The translations under genes were made by a program, and so were the position numbers. From IMG/VR virus record IMGVR_UViG_3300025018_000064, positions 1 through 37,365 of that record: a stretch of DNA of 37,365 bases; one strand, 5' to 3'. Below the pieces are notes generated by a model that had not been told where the DNA came from, made no database searches, and saw only the letters and a program-made list of their open reading frames with translations. The DNA comes from a virus. Lineage: Duplodnaviria; Caudoviricetes. Shown in pieces: positions 17,956 to 28,230 of this stretch (position 1 is its first letter; every line of letters starts with the position of its first letter).

Positions 17956-18609
17956 ATGAGCTGGTTAGACCCATTTGGTGTTGGGGATATGGCAGATAGC
18001 TTTCTGCACCCCGAAAAAGGATACAAAAAAGGCCAAGAGCAACTTGATAAATATTACAAAGATGCTCAGGGGAATTTACAACCCTACAATCAGTTTGGGC
18101 AACAGGCTTATGGCAATTATTCTGATGCCATGAAGCGTTTGCTTGACCCCGCTGGATTACAGGCTGAGTGGGAAAAAGGGTATTCTGAATCCCCATCAGC
18201 TAAATATGCGGAAGGTTTGGCACAAGAACATGGCCTTGATGCAGCAAGCGGTTTGGGTCTTATGGGTTCCAACACTGCCTTAAGCGCTATTCAAGGTGGC
18301 ACCTCTCAGATTGGACTGGATGACCGGCAACGGTACATGGATAACCTCATGCAGAAATATTTAGCTGGCGCTGGTATTGCTGGCAACATATTTGGCACGG
18401 GCGCAAATGCTGCCGGTGGCATGGCAAATAATGCGATGAACATGGGGCAAAATTCAGCGCAAATGGCCTTTGGCCAACAAAATGCACCTGGTAATCTTTT
18501 CGGTAATCTTTTAGGTACCGGCATTGGATTTATGGCCGGTGGCCCTGCGGGGGCGGCGGCTGGCGCTGGGGCAACCGGTGGCGGCGGGTGGTCTACGGGA
18601 GGTAGATAA
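17956..18609 (+). CDS. DNA ejection protein (gp7-like)
   Basis: Gly/Ala/Asn-rich, LQPY...G motif, position after tail hub. Confidence 0.7.
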   Translation: MSWLDPFGVGDMADSFLHPEKGYKKGQEQLDKYYKDAQGNLQPYNQFGQQAYGNYSDAMKRLLDPAGLQAEWEKGYSESPSAKYAEGLAQEHGLDAASGLGLMGSNTALSAIQGGTSQIGLDDRQRYMDNLMQKYLAGAGIAGNIFGTGANAAGGMANNAMNMGQNSAQMAFGQQNAPGNLFGNLLGTGIGFMAGGPAGAAAGAGATGGGGWSTGGR

Positions 18610-19823
18610 TGGCTATTAATGTACCTATGCCTGATTTGCCAGGTAATAGCTTGATGAAGGGTGTTGATACCGGTTCCAGCTTGTGGAGTCGCATCATGCA
18701 ACCTGCTATCGAGCGCGAACGTATGCAGCAACAGCAACAGCAATTTTTGCAAAATCTTGCTTTGCAAAAGCAAGCACAAGGTCGTGCGCAGCAATTATTG
18801 CCACTCATGATTCAGCAATATCAGGATGCCCACCGTACAGCCCAAAGCGAGGCTCAATTTAAAGAGATGTATCGTAATTTGATTCGGGATGCGGTAAGTC
18901 CTGATGCTGGCACGCAACCTGCACCCAATACGCCATTGATGTCACCTCAAGCTGGCGCACAGGCTGATGCGATGCTTGGCGGCCAACCTGGAATGGGTCA
19001 ACCTGCTAATGTGGCACCACCCGTACCAGGTGCAAGCGGTATGGCACCTAATTCGCCAAATATGCCCGCAGCAGCACCACCTGCACCGGCGATTCCAGGT
19101 AATATGATGCCCAACATGGCAACTACGCAAGAACGTGAATTGCGACCTGGTAATCCAAGGCTGTCAAAACTAGATCAGATTGCAGGGTTAGTACCTGGCA
19201 TCCCAAAGCCAACTCAGCATATTCAAAATGGGATGGTATTTACGACCTATCCTAGTGGGCGCATGACTGTGCAGCAAGTACAAGGACAAGCTGGTCAAAC
19301 TCAAGGTGAGCGCAATGTTTCAGCAAAAGAAGCATCCAAAATTCGAGATCAGGCAACCGCTTTAATCAACAGTGCGAATCTGGTTAATCAGGGTTATGAA
19401 TTGCTGGATAACAACGACGATTTAACCGGTATTGGGTCTGGTATAGTCTCTGGTTTAAATTTATCGAGTAACCCAGAACTTGGGAAGTTTACCTCAGTGA
19501 CAGGTAAGTTACAGGCAGAACTTGGCAAATATGCGGCCTCTCGTGGTGGCATACAGGCAGTTAAATGGGCCGGAAGTGTCAAGCCCAGCACATGGAAGCC
19601 AGAGGATTACAATTATGGTATGTTTGAAGGCATTGAGCGTAATTTAAAAGACGACTATGCGACATTAAATGCCCAATATAAGGCAGCCACAGGTGAGGAT
19701 TTACCGGTGCCGCTTCCTCAAGTCACTCGCAAGTCAAAAGGGAAAGTCGGTAGTGGTGAATCATCCACTGGCGATAAAAAAGTTAAAAAGGTATGGAAAC
19801 TCGTCAATGGCGAATTAGTTTAA
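18609..19823 (+). CDS. DNA ejection protein (gp20-like position)
   Basis: Gln/Pro-rich, second of three ejection-type genes. Confidence 0.55.
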   Translation: MAINVPMPDLPGNSLMKGVDTGSSLWSRIMQPAIERERMQQQQQQFLQNLALQKQAQGRAQQLLPLMIQQYQDAHRTAQSEAQFKEMYRNLIRDAVSPDAGTQPAPNTPLMSPQAGAQADAMLGGQPGMGQPANVAPPVPGASGMAPNSPNMPAAAPPAPAIPGNMMPNMATTQERELRPGNPRLSKLDQIAGLVPGIPKPTQHIQNGMVFTTYPSGRMTVQQVQGQAGQTQGERNVSAKEASKIRDQATALINSANLVNQGYELLDNNDDLTGIGSGIVSGLNLSSNPELGKFTSVTGKLQAELGKYAASRGGIQAVKWAGSVKPSTWKPEDYNYGMFEGIERNLKDDYATLNAQYKAATGEDLPVPLPQVTRKSKGKVGSGESSTGDKKVKKVWKLVNGELV

Positions 19824-19833
19824 GGACGAACTG

Positions 19834-22407
19834 ATGGTTCAACAGGTCGATGTTAATGGCGAAATACATGAATTCCCTGATGAGGCAACGCCTGACATGA
19901 TGAAGGCGGCACTCAAAAAGGATATTGCTCGCCAGCAATTTATAGATGCCACTCAAAATGGCATTTTTGATCGACCAATTAAAAAACTTGGGCAAGATGC
20001 GTGGGGTCTTGCTAAAAATGTTGCTGGCACCGCCCAAAGAGGCATTCCCGCACTTATCAATCAAGGTGTTTCTCATCCTGGTACCGCATTAAAAAACGTG
20101 GGTGCAGGGCTTTCCAGTATTCCATTTAACATGATGAATGCACTTTTGAATGTACCGCAATATGTAGTTGGCCTCGAATCAAAAGGCGGTTCAGACTTTT
20201 TGAAAAAATACACTCCCGAAGTACCGGTTGAGGGTATCGTTAATGCAAATTGGGGTGAGCCTACTCAATCTGACCAGGCCGTGCGGGATGTTGCAGCATT
20301 AGCACCGATATTAGGGCCTTTGGGCAAAGCTGGTGGAAAAGCGGCTATTGGCGGTGTAACGAAAGGTGCAAGTCGCGTCATTGGTAAAACCGACCCTGTG
20401 CTGCAAGCCACTGAGGAAGCGCTTACTGGATTGGGTGCAAGTAAAGAGGCCGAAGTCGAACAGGCAACGACGGCAGCACAAGCGGCTGATGAAGCCAGTA
20501 AACAAGCTATTGCGGAATCAAAGCAACAAGTCGGTAAATCCGATGCGGATTTGATGCAATATAATGTGAGCAACCGACAAAAAGCGATTGATGAACTAAC
20601 GAATCAAAACGCCGCTTTAAAAGATCAACTTTCTCAAGTAAAGCCAGAGGAAGGCGCTGTTGATAAAGCGCAATCAAAAGTTTTAGCACGCCAAGAAGCA
20701 CAATTAAAAGCGCTGCAAGATGCTGAGGAAAATGATGCGGCATATAGCGGTGCTATCGAGCAATCGAAACAGCAAACGGGAAAATCAAATCCAGATTTAA
20801 TGCAAAATGCGGCTGAAAAAAGGCAGCAAGACATTAGCGGGATGATGGATGAAGCAAACGCACTTCAAGAACAACTTACCAGTACCAAAGTTGGTGAAGC
20901 GGAAGTGCCACAAGCCGAAGAAAACTTGAATGCAGCACAATTTCATCAACAAAATTCTGAGAATACCGCAAACAGTATTGAGTCAAACATTGGTCAATTC
21001 CTAAATCAAGGTGCCGCGCACGATGTGCGTGCAGCGCAAGGGATTGCAAATCGCGTCCAATCAATCGAAGATTATTGGAATAACGCTTATAAAACATTCC
21101 AAAGTAACATTGCTGATGCCAATTTTCAGATGCCACAAACGGCTATGGAAAAGCTTGATTATGATGCAATGTCACCGAGCCAACTTATTCAAACATTTGG
21201 TGCCGATGCTTTTGAGGCATTGAAAAAAGGCAAGATGGATGAGTTTATCAAAAAACAAAAAATCAGTGATACAAAACAAGCTGTGGGTACGAATCCATAT
21301 TTACAAACACTGATGGAAGTCGCGCCCACTATTACTGATACGAATGCGGCTGATTTTTTAGCGAAATACAAAGACTTTCGTGACCGTACATTTAAGTTAA
21401 GCCAGCGTTTGCGTGACCCACGCGTTGAAGAAGTGGAAAAGCAAAAAATGCAAGATGCTTTATCACAGGCACGAAAGATGCAAACCCAAATGAAAGAGGT
21501 ACTCGATGCTGGATTGGGTGAATACAAGCCTGAGTTTGAGCGCGTAAATAAAGGGTATTCAGAGCAAATCTATCCATTGCGTGATAATCCCGTTGTCCAA
21601 AAAGCACAAGAAGGGAAATTATCTGACAATATCATAAAATCCTTGCGTACCAATGAAGAAGGAATGCCACTGGTACGTGAACTCGTTAAGCAAGACCCTG
21701 AATTGCTACGCAATATCATAGGACAGCGTTACTTTTCACCCACTGGCGCTAAATCTATCATGAATCCGAATGAGATGGTGCGCGAATATCTGGATGAAAT
21801 GCCTCAATTAACGCGTATGTTAAATGAAAAGCAAACCGCTAATGAAGTGCTGGAAAAATCACGCGCCAATGCCAAAGCTGCTGAAAAACAACATGCAGAG
21901 ATCGTAAAACGTCAAGCCCAATCACAAAAGATTGAAAGCAATTTAACTGAACTTAAAGACAAGATCGGCAAGAGCAAAAAGGAACTATCGACACTTGAAA
22001 AACACATTAGTACGTTGCGTGAGGCTGCCAGCAAAAAAAATCTATCATTAGAAAACAAAATGAAGATTGAAAAGCAACTTTCAGAGGCAAAAGCAGAACA
22101 GGCAGAGCTTCAAAAAAATCAAAATGAAGCTGAAAAAATAGAGAAAAAGATTAACGATTTGACCTCAGATATTGAGAAACACAATACAGAAATACCCAAA
22201 TTGAAAGCGCATATTGAGAGATTGCAAGAGACGGCCAAGCAAAAAAATATTACGCTAAAAGCTAAAATGGAAGCAGAAAAAGAGTTGAAAGAATTACGCA
22301 GGAAATTGAAAGAGACTTCAACTAAACTTGATGAGAAAACGACAGGATTGAAAAAGTATTGGAGAATAGCTAAAACTATTTACCGTGTCGGAAGAAAGAT
22401 TATTTAA
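19834..22407 (+). CDS. Large DNA ejection protein (gp16-like position)
   Basis: 857 aa helical/coiled-coil; N-terminal G..HEFPD.AT motif; internal duplications. Confidence 0.6.
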   Translation: MVQQVDVNGEIHEFPDEATPDMMKAALKKDIARQQFIDATQNGIFDRPIKKLGQDAWGLAKNVAGTAQRGIPALINQGVSHPGTALKNVGAGLSSIPFNMMNALLNVPQYVVGLESKGGSDFLKKYTPEVPVEGIVNANWGEPTQSDQAVRDVAALAPILGPLGKAGGKAAIGGVTKGASRVIGKTDPVLQATEEALTGLGASKEAEVEQATTAAQAADEASKQAIAESKQQVGKSDADLMQYNVSNRQKAIDELTNQNAALKDQLSQVKPEEGAVDKAQSKVLARQEAQLKALQDAEENDAAYSGAIEQSKQQTGKSNPDLMQNAAEKRQQDISGMMDEANALQEQLTSTKVGEAEVPQAEENLNAAQFHQQNSENTANSIESNIGQFLNQGAAHDVRAAQGIANRVQSIEDYWNNAYKTFQSNIADANFQMPQTAMEKLDYDAMSPSQLIQTFGADAFEALKKGKMDEFIKKQKISDTKQAVGTNPYLQTLMEVAPTITDTNAADFLAKYKDFRDRTFKLSQRLRDPRVEEVEKQKMQDALSQARKMQTQMKEVLDAGLGEYKPEFERVNKGYSEQIYPLRDNPVVQKAQEGKLSDNIIKSLRTNEEGMPLVRELVKQDPELLRNIIGQRYFSPTGAKSIMNPNEMVREYLDEMPQLTRMLNEKQTANEVLEKSRANAKAAEKQHAEIVKRQAQSQKIESNLTELKDKIGKSKKELSTLEKHISTLREAASKKNLSLENKMKIEKQLSEAKAEQAELQKNQNEAEKIEKKINDLTSDIEKHNTEIPKLKAHIERLQETAKQKNITLKAKMEAEKELKELRRKLKETSTKLDEKTTGLKKYWRIAKTIYRVGRKII

Positions 22408-22424
22408 TTGACAGGGAGTCATTA

Positions 22425-24032
22425 ATGGCAACATTAGGTGTAAGAGGTGCAAACCCAATTTGGTCGGAAGTAGACCTTCAAGGCCAGCTTTTTGATGACA
22501 CGTTTTATTTATTCGTGTTGGAAAATACCATTCCTTATCAACCTGCCACCGTTTACCATGACCCTGATTTAAACGTGCCATGGACGAACCCAATACAATT
22601 TTTAGCGAATGGTACGTTGCCAGTGGATATTTATTTTGAGACTGATACGGTGTATCGGCTTGAATTTCGTCAAGGACCAACTCAGCAAGACCCGCTTATC
22701 TATGAAGTCAATAATTACGTGGCCGGTAGTGGTGGCTCAACCCCTGTTGATACAGTGGCATTTGCATCGAGTAATCAGGTTACCAACCCTCAGTTTGCTT
22801 TATTAAGTCTGGAAAACCCTGTCACCATTGGTGGCACGAATCCTGACCCCATTGAGATAGCACCAGGCTGGACACTTCTTTTATCGGGTACTGGTACCGT
22901 CACCATTACCCGTGTCGCACTCGATAATTCAAATGAAAACCCATCAAATGCGCCCTATGCCATTCAATTGACCATGAATGGCTGGACCGCTGATTCGGTG
23001 ATGTTAAGGCAGCGATTTGAGCAAAATGGGATGTTATGGGCTAGTAAAAATGTTTCAACCACACTCACTGCTCGTTTGCAGGGAAGTCCACAGTCCATCA
23101 AGGCTGATTTGATCGATTCTAATAGCTCGGTGTTAGGCACAGTGTTGCCATTAACACCTATCAACGATTCATGGAACGAATACACCGGTTATGCTGAATT
23201 ACCAGCCACCACGAATCCTGATACACCACCGGCCGCCTACATTGATTATCTGTTGCATTTGCCTAGCAATATTGATATTTACCTGACGAGTTTTCAGCTT
23301 GTTGTTCAAGACTTGCCTATTCAACCATCATTTGAACAAGACTCTATTAATCGCCAAATAGACCATACGTATAATACTGCTTATCCCATTGTGCCAGTTG
23401 GTGCGATTATTGATTATGCGGGTTTTGTAGTACCGGAACATTTTTACGTATGTGATGGTTCAGCAAAAGATCGTGTGCGAGACTATCTTTTATTTAACGC
23501 TTTAACCACGACTGAAACGGTGACTTTAACAAGCGGCGTTAATACATTTACTGTAGCTGATAGTTTTAATTATCGCGTAGGCGGTCCCGTTGAGGGAACG
23601 GGTATTCCGGCCGGTACAACAATCAGTAATATTGCTGGTACCACTATCACAATGTCTGCTAATGCAACAGCAACGGGGCCATCATTAGTTAGGTTTTTTG
23701 CATGGGGTGATGGGGATGGGTCAACGACATTTAATGTGCCAAATTTACAGGGGTTTGTGACAGCCGGTGCGAATGGAACATTATTTGCTGGTGTAAATAA
23801 TGCGATTGGTTATGGTGCGGGTGAAGCAACGCATGTACTAACGATTGCTGAAATGCCAGCGCATACGCACACTGTGCCATTTAATATACCCAATAATGCT
23901 GTTTTATCGTCTGGTGGTGGCTTTAACTCGACTAACCAAAATGTAACAAACACGAGTAGTACGGGCAGTGGCGATGCCCATAATAATGTTCAGCCAACCT
24001 ATTGCGTTAAAAAATGTATCAGGTATCAATAA
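22425..24032 (+). CDS. Tail fibre with head-binding-like N-terminus and tail-collar domain
   Basis: VY.DP.....TNPI...ANG N-terminus; collar PVGAI..YAG..CDG...GDGSTTFNVPNL; EMPAHTH and HNNVQP. Confidence 0.8.
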   Translation: MATLGVRGANPIWSEVDLQGQLFDDTFYLFVLENTIPYQPATVYHDPDLNVPWTNPIQFLANGTLPVDIYFETDTVYRLEFRQGPTQQDPLIYEVNNYVAGSGGSTPVDTVAFASSNQVTNPQFALLSLENPVTIGGTNPDPIEIAPGWTLLLSGTGTVTITRVALDNSNENPSNAPYAIQLTMNGWTADSVMLRQRFEQNGMLWASKNVSTTLTARLQGSPQSIKADLIDSNSSVLGTVLPLTPINDSWNEYTGYAELPATTNPDTPPAAYIDYLLHLPSNIDIYLTSFQLVVQDLPIQPSFEQDSINRQIDHTYNTAYPIVPVGAIIDYAGFVVPEHFYVCDGSAKDRVRDYLLFNALTTTETVTLTSGVNTFTVADSFNYRVGGPVEGTGIPAGTTISNIAGTTITMSANATATGPSLVRFFAWGDGDGSTTFNVPNLQGFVTAGANGTLFAGVNNAIGYGAGEATHVLTIAEMPAHTHTVPFNIPNNAVLSSGGGFNSTNQNVTNTSSTGSGDAHNNVQPTYCVKKCIRYQ

Positions 24033-24048
24033 TCACAAGGACGGAAAT

Positions 24049-24384
24049 ATGACTATCAATTACAATGCAAATTACATCGAAACAATGCCATTTAGCGATA
24101 CCTGTGGTCAGGTTCATTGTTTGGCTAATACAGAGGAAACTTTTACCGTTCCTGGCACCACTGAACAGCAATTCCAGGCTTATTTTGAGTATGCTTCCAA
24201 TTCAAACGTATTTGTTCGTAATAATGCAACTCCAACGATACCTGCTGGCGGTACGGTTGGCACACAACAATACAATGAATTTAAGCCAAAAAAACGTTAT
24301 GTTCGCGGAGGCGATGTACTGCATTTTATAACCCCTGATACGAATGCTTATATCGGCGTATCATTGAGAAAACTCCAAGGCTAA
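24049..24384 (+). CDS. Small beta-rich virion-associated protein
   Basis: AAGGA RBS; between fibre genes. Confidence 0.65.
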   Translation: MTINYNANYIETMPFSDTCGQVHCLANTEETFTVPGTTEQQFQAYFEYASNSNVFVRNNATPTIPAGGTVGTQQYNEFKPKKRYVRGGDVLHFITPDTNAYIGVSLRKLQG

Positions 24385-24409
24385 TATCACAGAATCACAA
24401 GGAGTCGTG

Positions 24410-26218
24410 ATGGTTGATACTATCAAGTTTAGTGAAATGACAGATGGCGGTGACATTGATAATAATAAAAAAGTGCCAGGTTTAAAGGATGGCGGTAATG
24501 TCCTTTTTAATAACCCGTGGACTTTTTTACCGCCTGGAACAACTGCGGAAAGGCCAACTCCTTCGGCTGAGATTAATTATCGTCTGCGTTTTAATACCGA
24601 TGAACAACTCTATGAGTATTATGATGCAACTCTTGGTGCTTGGACGCAATTGCAAGAAAGTTTATTTACCGCCGGTCCATTTATTATTTATGAGGCCGAC
24701 CCCAGTATTCCGGATGCGCAAAATCTAGGTGCTTTGGCAGATGGTATATTGAAACAAACTATCGTTGCCGGAGTTGCAACATTAGATATTGCTATTCCAG
24801 GTACGGATTATTATGGCCCTGGTGATAATGCCACATTTTCTGGCATTACCATGACTGGTAATATTGATATGGGTGGGTTTAAAGCCACCAATGCGGCTGA
24901 CCCCACAAACCCACAAGATTATGCAACTAAATTTTATGTTGACCAAACCGCATTAAGTGGCAAATCAGTTTATGCAGCGACCACGACAAACTTGCTCGTT
25001 ACTCAATCAGGGAGTGGGGTTGGTGCAACATTAACTGATGCCAGTGGCACATTTGCACCCTTGACTTTGGATGGCGAAGCAGTGCCACTTGGGGATGATT
25101 TTTTAGTCAAGGATTTAATATCGCCAGAAAATGAGGGGATATATACCTTAACCACCAATGGTGATGGTATTAGCATTCCTTGGCAGGGAACGCGTTCAAT
25201 CAATTATGATACGCCATCACAAATTAATTCCACCGGTTTGATAGTCGTGAGAAATGGAACGACATTAGGCGGTACAACTTGGTATAACGCTGATACTATC
25301 GTCACTGTTGATACCACTCCATTTGATTATGTTCAATTTGGTAGTTCGTATGTTGAAAGTGTTACCGGAACCGCAAATCAAATTGATGTCGATAATACTG
25401 ATCCTCAGAATCCTATATTGTCACTATCTGCAACCCTTGATGCGCCTGGCACCTTCACCATTCAAGGTACGGTTGCCCTAGATGCCATTATTGATGATGA
25501 TACGTTTGCGACTGCTACAGATAGCAATGTACCAACAGCCGAATCTGTAAAAGCCTATGTTGATAATCTGGTGAATGTACCAAGCCCGACAAAACAAACG
25601 TTTATCACAGGTTCCGGAACTTATACAACGCCAGCCGGTGTTAAATGGTTACGTGTTCGCATGGTGGGTGCTGGTGCTGGCGGTCAAGGTAATTCCTCTA
25701 ATGGTAATATCGTAACAACTGCTACCGTTGGTGGAAATACTACTTTTGGTGGCGCAACTGCCGGAGGCGGTCAAATCTCCACGACTGTTAATTATAATTC
25801 TGCATCAGGCGGTACTTTTAGTGGTTCTATTACTGGTGCGCTTTCTACTAATGCTATAACTGGTGGAAAAAGTGGCGGTGGTAGCCAAAATAATTCCACT
25901 GCTAATGTCAATCAATTAGCTGGTGGTTCAGGTGGCGCAAGTGCCTTTGGTGGCGGTGGCGGTGGTGCCTTAAATACAACTGGTACTGCGGCTGCGGCTT
26001 ATGGTGCTGGTGGCGGTGGAGGGGGCACAACTACAAACGCGGGATACGTTTCTGGCGCTGGTGGCGGTGCAGGAGCTTATGGAGAAGCAATTGTGGCCAC
26101 ACCTTCTGCTTCTTATGCTTATGCTGTTGGTGCCGCTGGTGCTGGCGGTGTAGGCGCAAACTTTAATGGAGGAAACGGTGCCGGTGGCTTAATCATCGTC
26201 GAAGAATTTTATATTTAA
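24410..26218 (+). CDS. Tail fibre with Gly-rich C-terminal domain
   Basis: GTTAERP, ADPT.PQD.ATK.YVD, ENEGIY; terminal SGTYTTPAGV..GAGAGG..G.IIVEE domain. Confidence 0.8.
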   Translation: MVDTIKFSEMTDGGDIDNNKKVPGLKDGGNVLFNNPWTFLPPGTTAERPTPSAEINYRLRFNTDEQLYEYYDATLGAWTQLQESLFTAGPFIIYEADPSIPDAQNLGALADGILKQTIVAGVATLDIAIPGTDYYGPGDNATFSGITMTGNIDMGGFKATNAADPTNPQDYATKFYVDQTALSGKSVYAATTTNLLVTQSGSGVGATLTDASGTFAPLTLDGEAVPLGDDFLVKDLISPENEGIYTLTTNGDGISIPWQGTRSINYDTPSQINSTGLIVVRNGTTLGGTTWYNADTIVTVDTTPFDYVQFGSSYVESVTGTANQIDVDNTDPQNPILSLSATLDAPGTFTIQGTVALDAIIDDDTFATATDSNVPTAESVKAYVDNLVNVPSPTKQTFITGSGTYTTPAGVKWLRVRMVGAGAGGQGNSSNGNIVTTATVGGNTTFGGATAGGGQISTTVNYNSASGGTFSGSITGALSTNAITGGKSGGGSQNNSTANVNQLAGGSGGASAFGGGGGGALNTTGTAAAAYGAGGGGGGTTTNAGYVSGAGGGAGAYGEAIVATPSASYAYAVGAAGAGGVGANFNGGNGAGGLIIVEEFYI

Positions 26219-26273
26219 TTAATATAAAATGTAAAAAATATGAGAGTTGACTTTAATAAAAGGGAGCAAAAAG

Positions 26274-26588
26274 ATGTCTGATTTAGAAAACGTAAAGCAA
26301 GAAAACGAAAAGTTAAAGAAGGAAAATGAATCTTTAAAGGTACAAATGATGAATAACAGTCAGGGTACCGATAATATTTCAAATCAGTTGGAAGCTTATA
26401 AAGGTGAGCTAACTGATGCTCGAAGTATATCATTTCAATTGCGCATGGCATTAGGTAAAGCAATAAATACCAACCAAGCCATGGCTGAAAGAATGAAGGT
26501 TTTAGAAGCACAAATTGATAAAATGAAAAAAGAAAAGACAGATTTAGTATCAGTCAATGATTTAGAAAGCAAGAAAAAGATAGCTTGA
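26274..26588 (+). CDS. Coiled-coil protein
   Basis: AGGGAG RBS; heptad-rich. Confidence 0.65.
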   Translation: MSDLENVKQENEKLKKENESLKVQMMNNSQGTDNISNQLEAYKGELTDARSISFQLRMALGKAINTNQAMAERMKVLEAQIDKMKKEKTDLVSVNDLESKKKIA

Positions 26589-26628
26589 CTATAGTATAAT
26601 CGATACTGATTAAAATGGAGTTTACATC

Positions 26629-26853
26629 ATGGGTAAGTTGTCAACAAAAGCACGGAAAGCGTTACCTAAATCTGACTTTGGCTTGCCTGGTCAAGAGAAG
26701 TATCCCATGCCCGACAAATCCCATGCTGCAAATGCCAAAGCCCGTGCTACTCAAATGGTGAAAAAAGGCAAGCTTTCACCTTCATCTAAAGCCAAAATCG
26801 ATGCTAAGGCAAACCGTATTTTGGACAAAGGCCACCGTGGGGGAAAGGGATAA
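26629..26853 (+). CDS. Small basic phage protein
   Basis: GGAG RBS; L....RK.LP.SDF.LP...YPMPD..HA.NA.AR. Confidence 0.8.
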   Translation: MGKLSTKARKALPKSDFGLPGQEKYPMPDKSHAANAKARATQMVKKGKLSPSSKAKIDAKANRILDKGHRGGKG

Positions 26854-27050
26854 TGAAACTTGAAAAAGGGAAAAAAGCTGCAACCAAAGCCGGAATGAAG
26901 CATAACGTAAAAACCATGGAAAAAGCTGGCTACTCCAAAAAACGTGCCGAAGGTACCGCCTATGGTGAAGTCGGAATGGAAAAAAAGGGTAGACGCAATG
27001 AGTCCAAAGGCATGAAACGTGCTATGGAAAAGAAAGGCTCAAAGCGATGA
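26853..27050 (+). CDS. Small Lys-rich protein
   Basis: TAATG coupling; very basic. Confidence 0.7.
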   Translation: MKLEKGKKAATKAGMKHNVKTMEKAGYSKKRAEGTAYGEVGMEKKGRRNESKGMKRAMEKKGSKR

Positions 27051-27154
27051 GAAAAACCGCTAACAAGTTATCTGAAAAGACAATTCGTAATTTGGGCGAC
27101 AAGCAGCCAAAGCTTGTCAAAAGGAAAAAGCCCGTTAATGCAGGTCGTAAATAA
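27047..27154 (+). CDS. Tiny basic peptide, 35 aa (not in ORF track)
   Basis: ATGA coupling; MRKTANKLSEKTIRNLGDKQPKLVKRKKPVNAGRK fills the gap. Confidence 0.55.
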   Translation: MRKTANKLSEKTIRNLGDKQPKLVKRKKPVNAGRK

Positions 27155-27169
27155 TCAAGGAGCGAAATC

Positions 27170-27379
27170 ATGGCTTATGACGATGTTCCCCGTAAACCGA
27201 TAGAAGTAAGAGAAGGAAAAGGAGCTGGTCGCGCTGGTCATGATGAGCTGATTGATCGTGCGGGTGACTCTGGCAAGTATGGCGTGCGTACTGATGCGGC
27301 AGCAGAGGGCGCGGGCTATTTAGGTGTAGATGATTTAGACCGTATCAGACGTAAAAACCTCAAACATAAAACCCGATAA
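27170..27379 (+). CDS. Small hydrophilic protein
   Basis: AAGGAG RBS. Confidence 0.7.
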   Translation: MAYDDVPRKPIEVREGKGAGRAGHDELIDRAGDSGKYGVRTDAAAEGAGYLGVDDLDRIRRKNLKHKTR

Positions 27380-27390
27380 CTAAGGAGATA

Positions 27391-28224
27391 ATGGATATGT
27401 CTATTACAGCAATTGGACGCTACTTTGTAGGTGACCCAAACATCGTTGCAGTCGTGACAGATGACACGTTAGCAACGATTACGACAGCCGGTTATTTAAC
27501 TGGTGCTGCAATTAAAGCTGATATTGAAGCTTTGAATAATGGTGAATTTGAGTGGCTAGACACTGACATCGTTTTAATTTCATACGCACCTGATTTCATA
27601 GTGAATTGGTTTAAATACGACGCTGCTAACGCAACATTCGTGGCTAACCCTGCGGCTGGTGGTTTGAGCAATTCATTGTTAGACGGGCGTATATTTGTTG
27701 GTAACGTTTCTAACGTTGCAACAGGTGTTGTTATGTCTGGTGATGTCACCATCAGCAATGCCGGTGTAACGGCCATTGGTGCGGATAAAGTGCTTTCTTC
27801 CATGATTTCACCGTTGGTAAGAAAGTATGTTGCAGTACCAATCGCAGCAGCCGAGTTTAATGGCATGTATGCGGCTCCTGTTGAATTGGTTGCTGCCCCT
27901 GGCGCAGATACATTACTGGTATTAGACCAAGTACAGTTAGCAATGACCTACGGTGCAGCAGCGTATGCGGCTGGTGGTGTTGCGGCTGTACAGTATGATG
28001 ACACAGCAAATGGTGCAGGTGTTATTGCCTCAACAACCTTGGCAGCCGCCGTGTTCCAAGCAACGGCTAGCACGACTTGGACATTCAATCCAGGTGTGGT
28101 TGCATTACCATTTGCTACAACTGTTAATACCGGACTCTATCTGTCTAATATCACAGGCGCGTTCACAACCGGTGATAGCGACATGGTAGCCCATGTTTGG
28201 TATAGAGAAATTCCAACAGCATAA
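27391..28224 (+). CDS. Putative virion structural/decoration protein
   Basis: AAGGAG RBS; Ala/Gly/Thr-rich; MSGDVTISNAGVTAIG fibre-type motif. Confidence 0.6.
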   Translation: MDMSITAIGRYFVGDPNIVAVVTDDTLATITTAGYLTGAAIKADIEALNNGEFEWLDTDIVLISYAPDFIVNWFKYDAANATFVANPAAGGLSNSLLDGRIFVGNVSNVATGVVMSGDVTISNAGVTAIGADKVLSSMISPLVRKYVAVPIAAAEFNGMYAAPVELVAAPGADTLLVLDQVQLAMTYGAAAYAAGGVAAVQYDDTANGAGVIASTTLAAAVFQATASTTWTFNPGVVALPFATTVNTGLYLSNITGAFTTGDSDMVAHVWYREIPTA

Positions 28225-28230
28225 TCCTTC

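Noticed and set aside
24410-26218. Diversity-generating retroelement or invertible tail cassette
   Set aside because: No RT, invertase or template-repeat copy seen; Gly-rich repeats reflect protein composition
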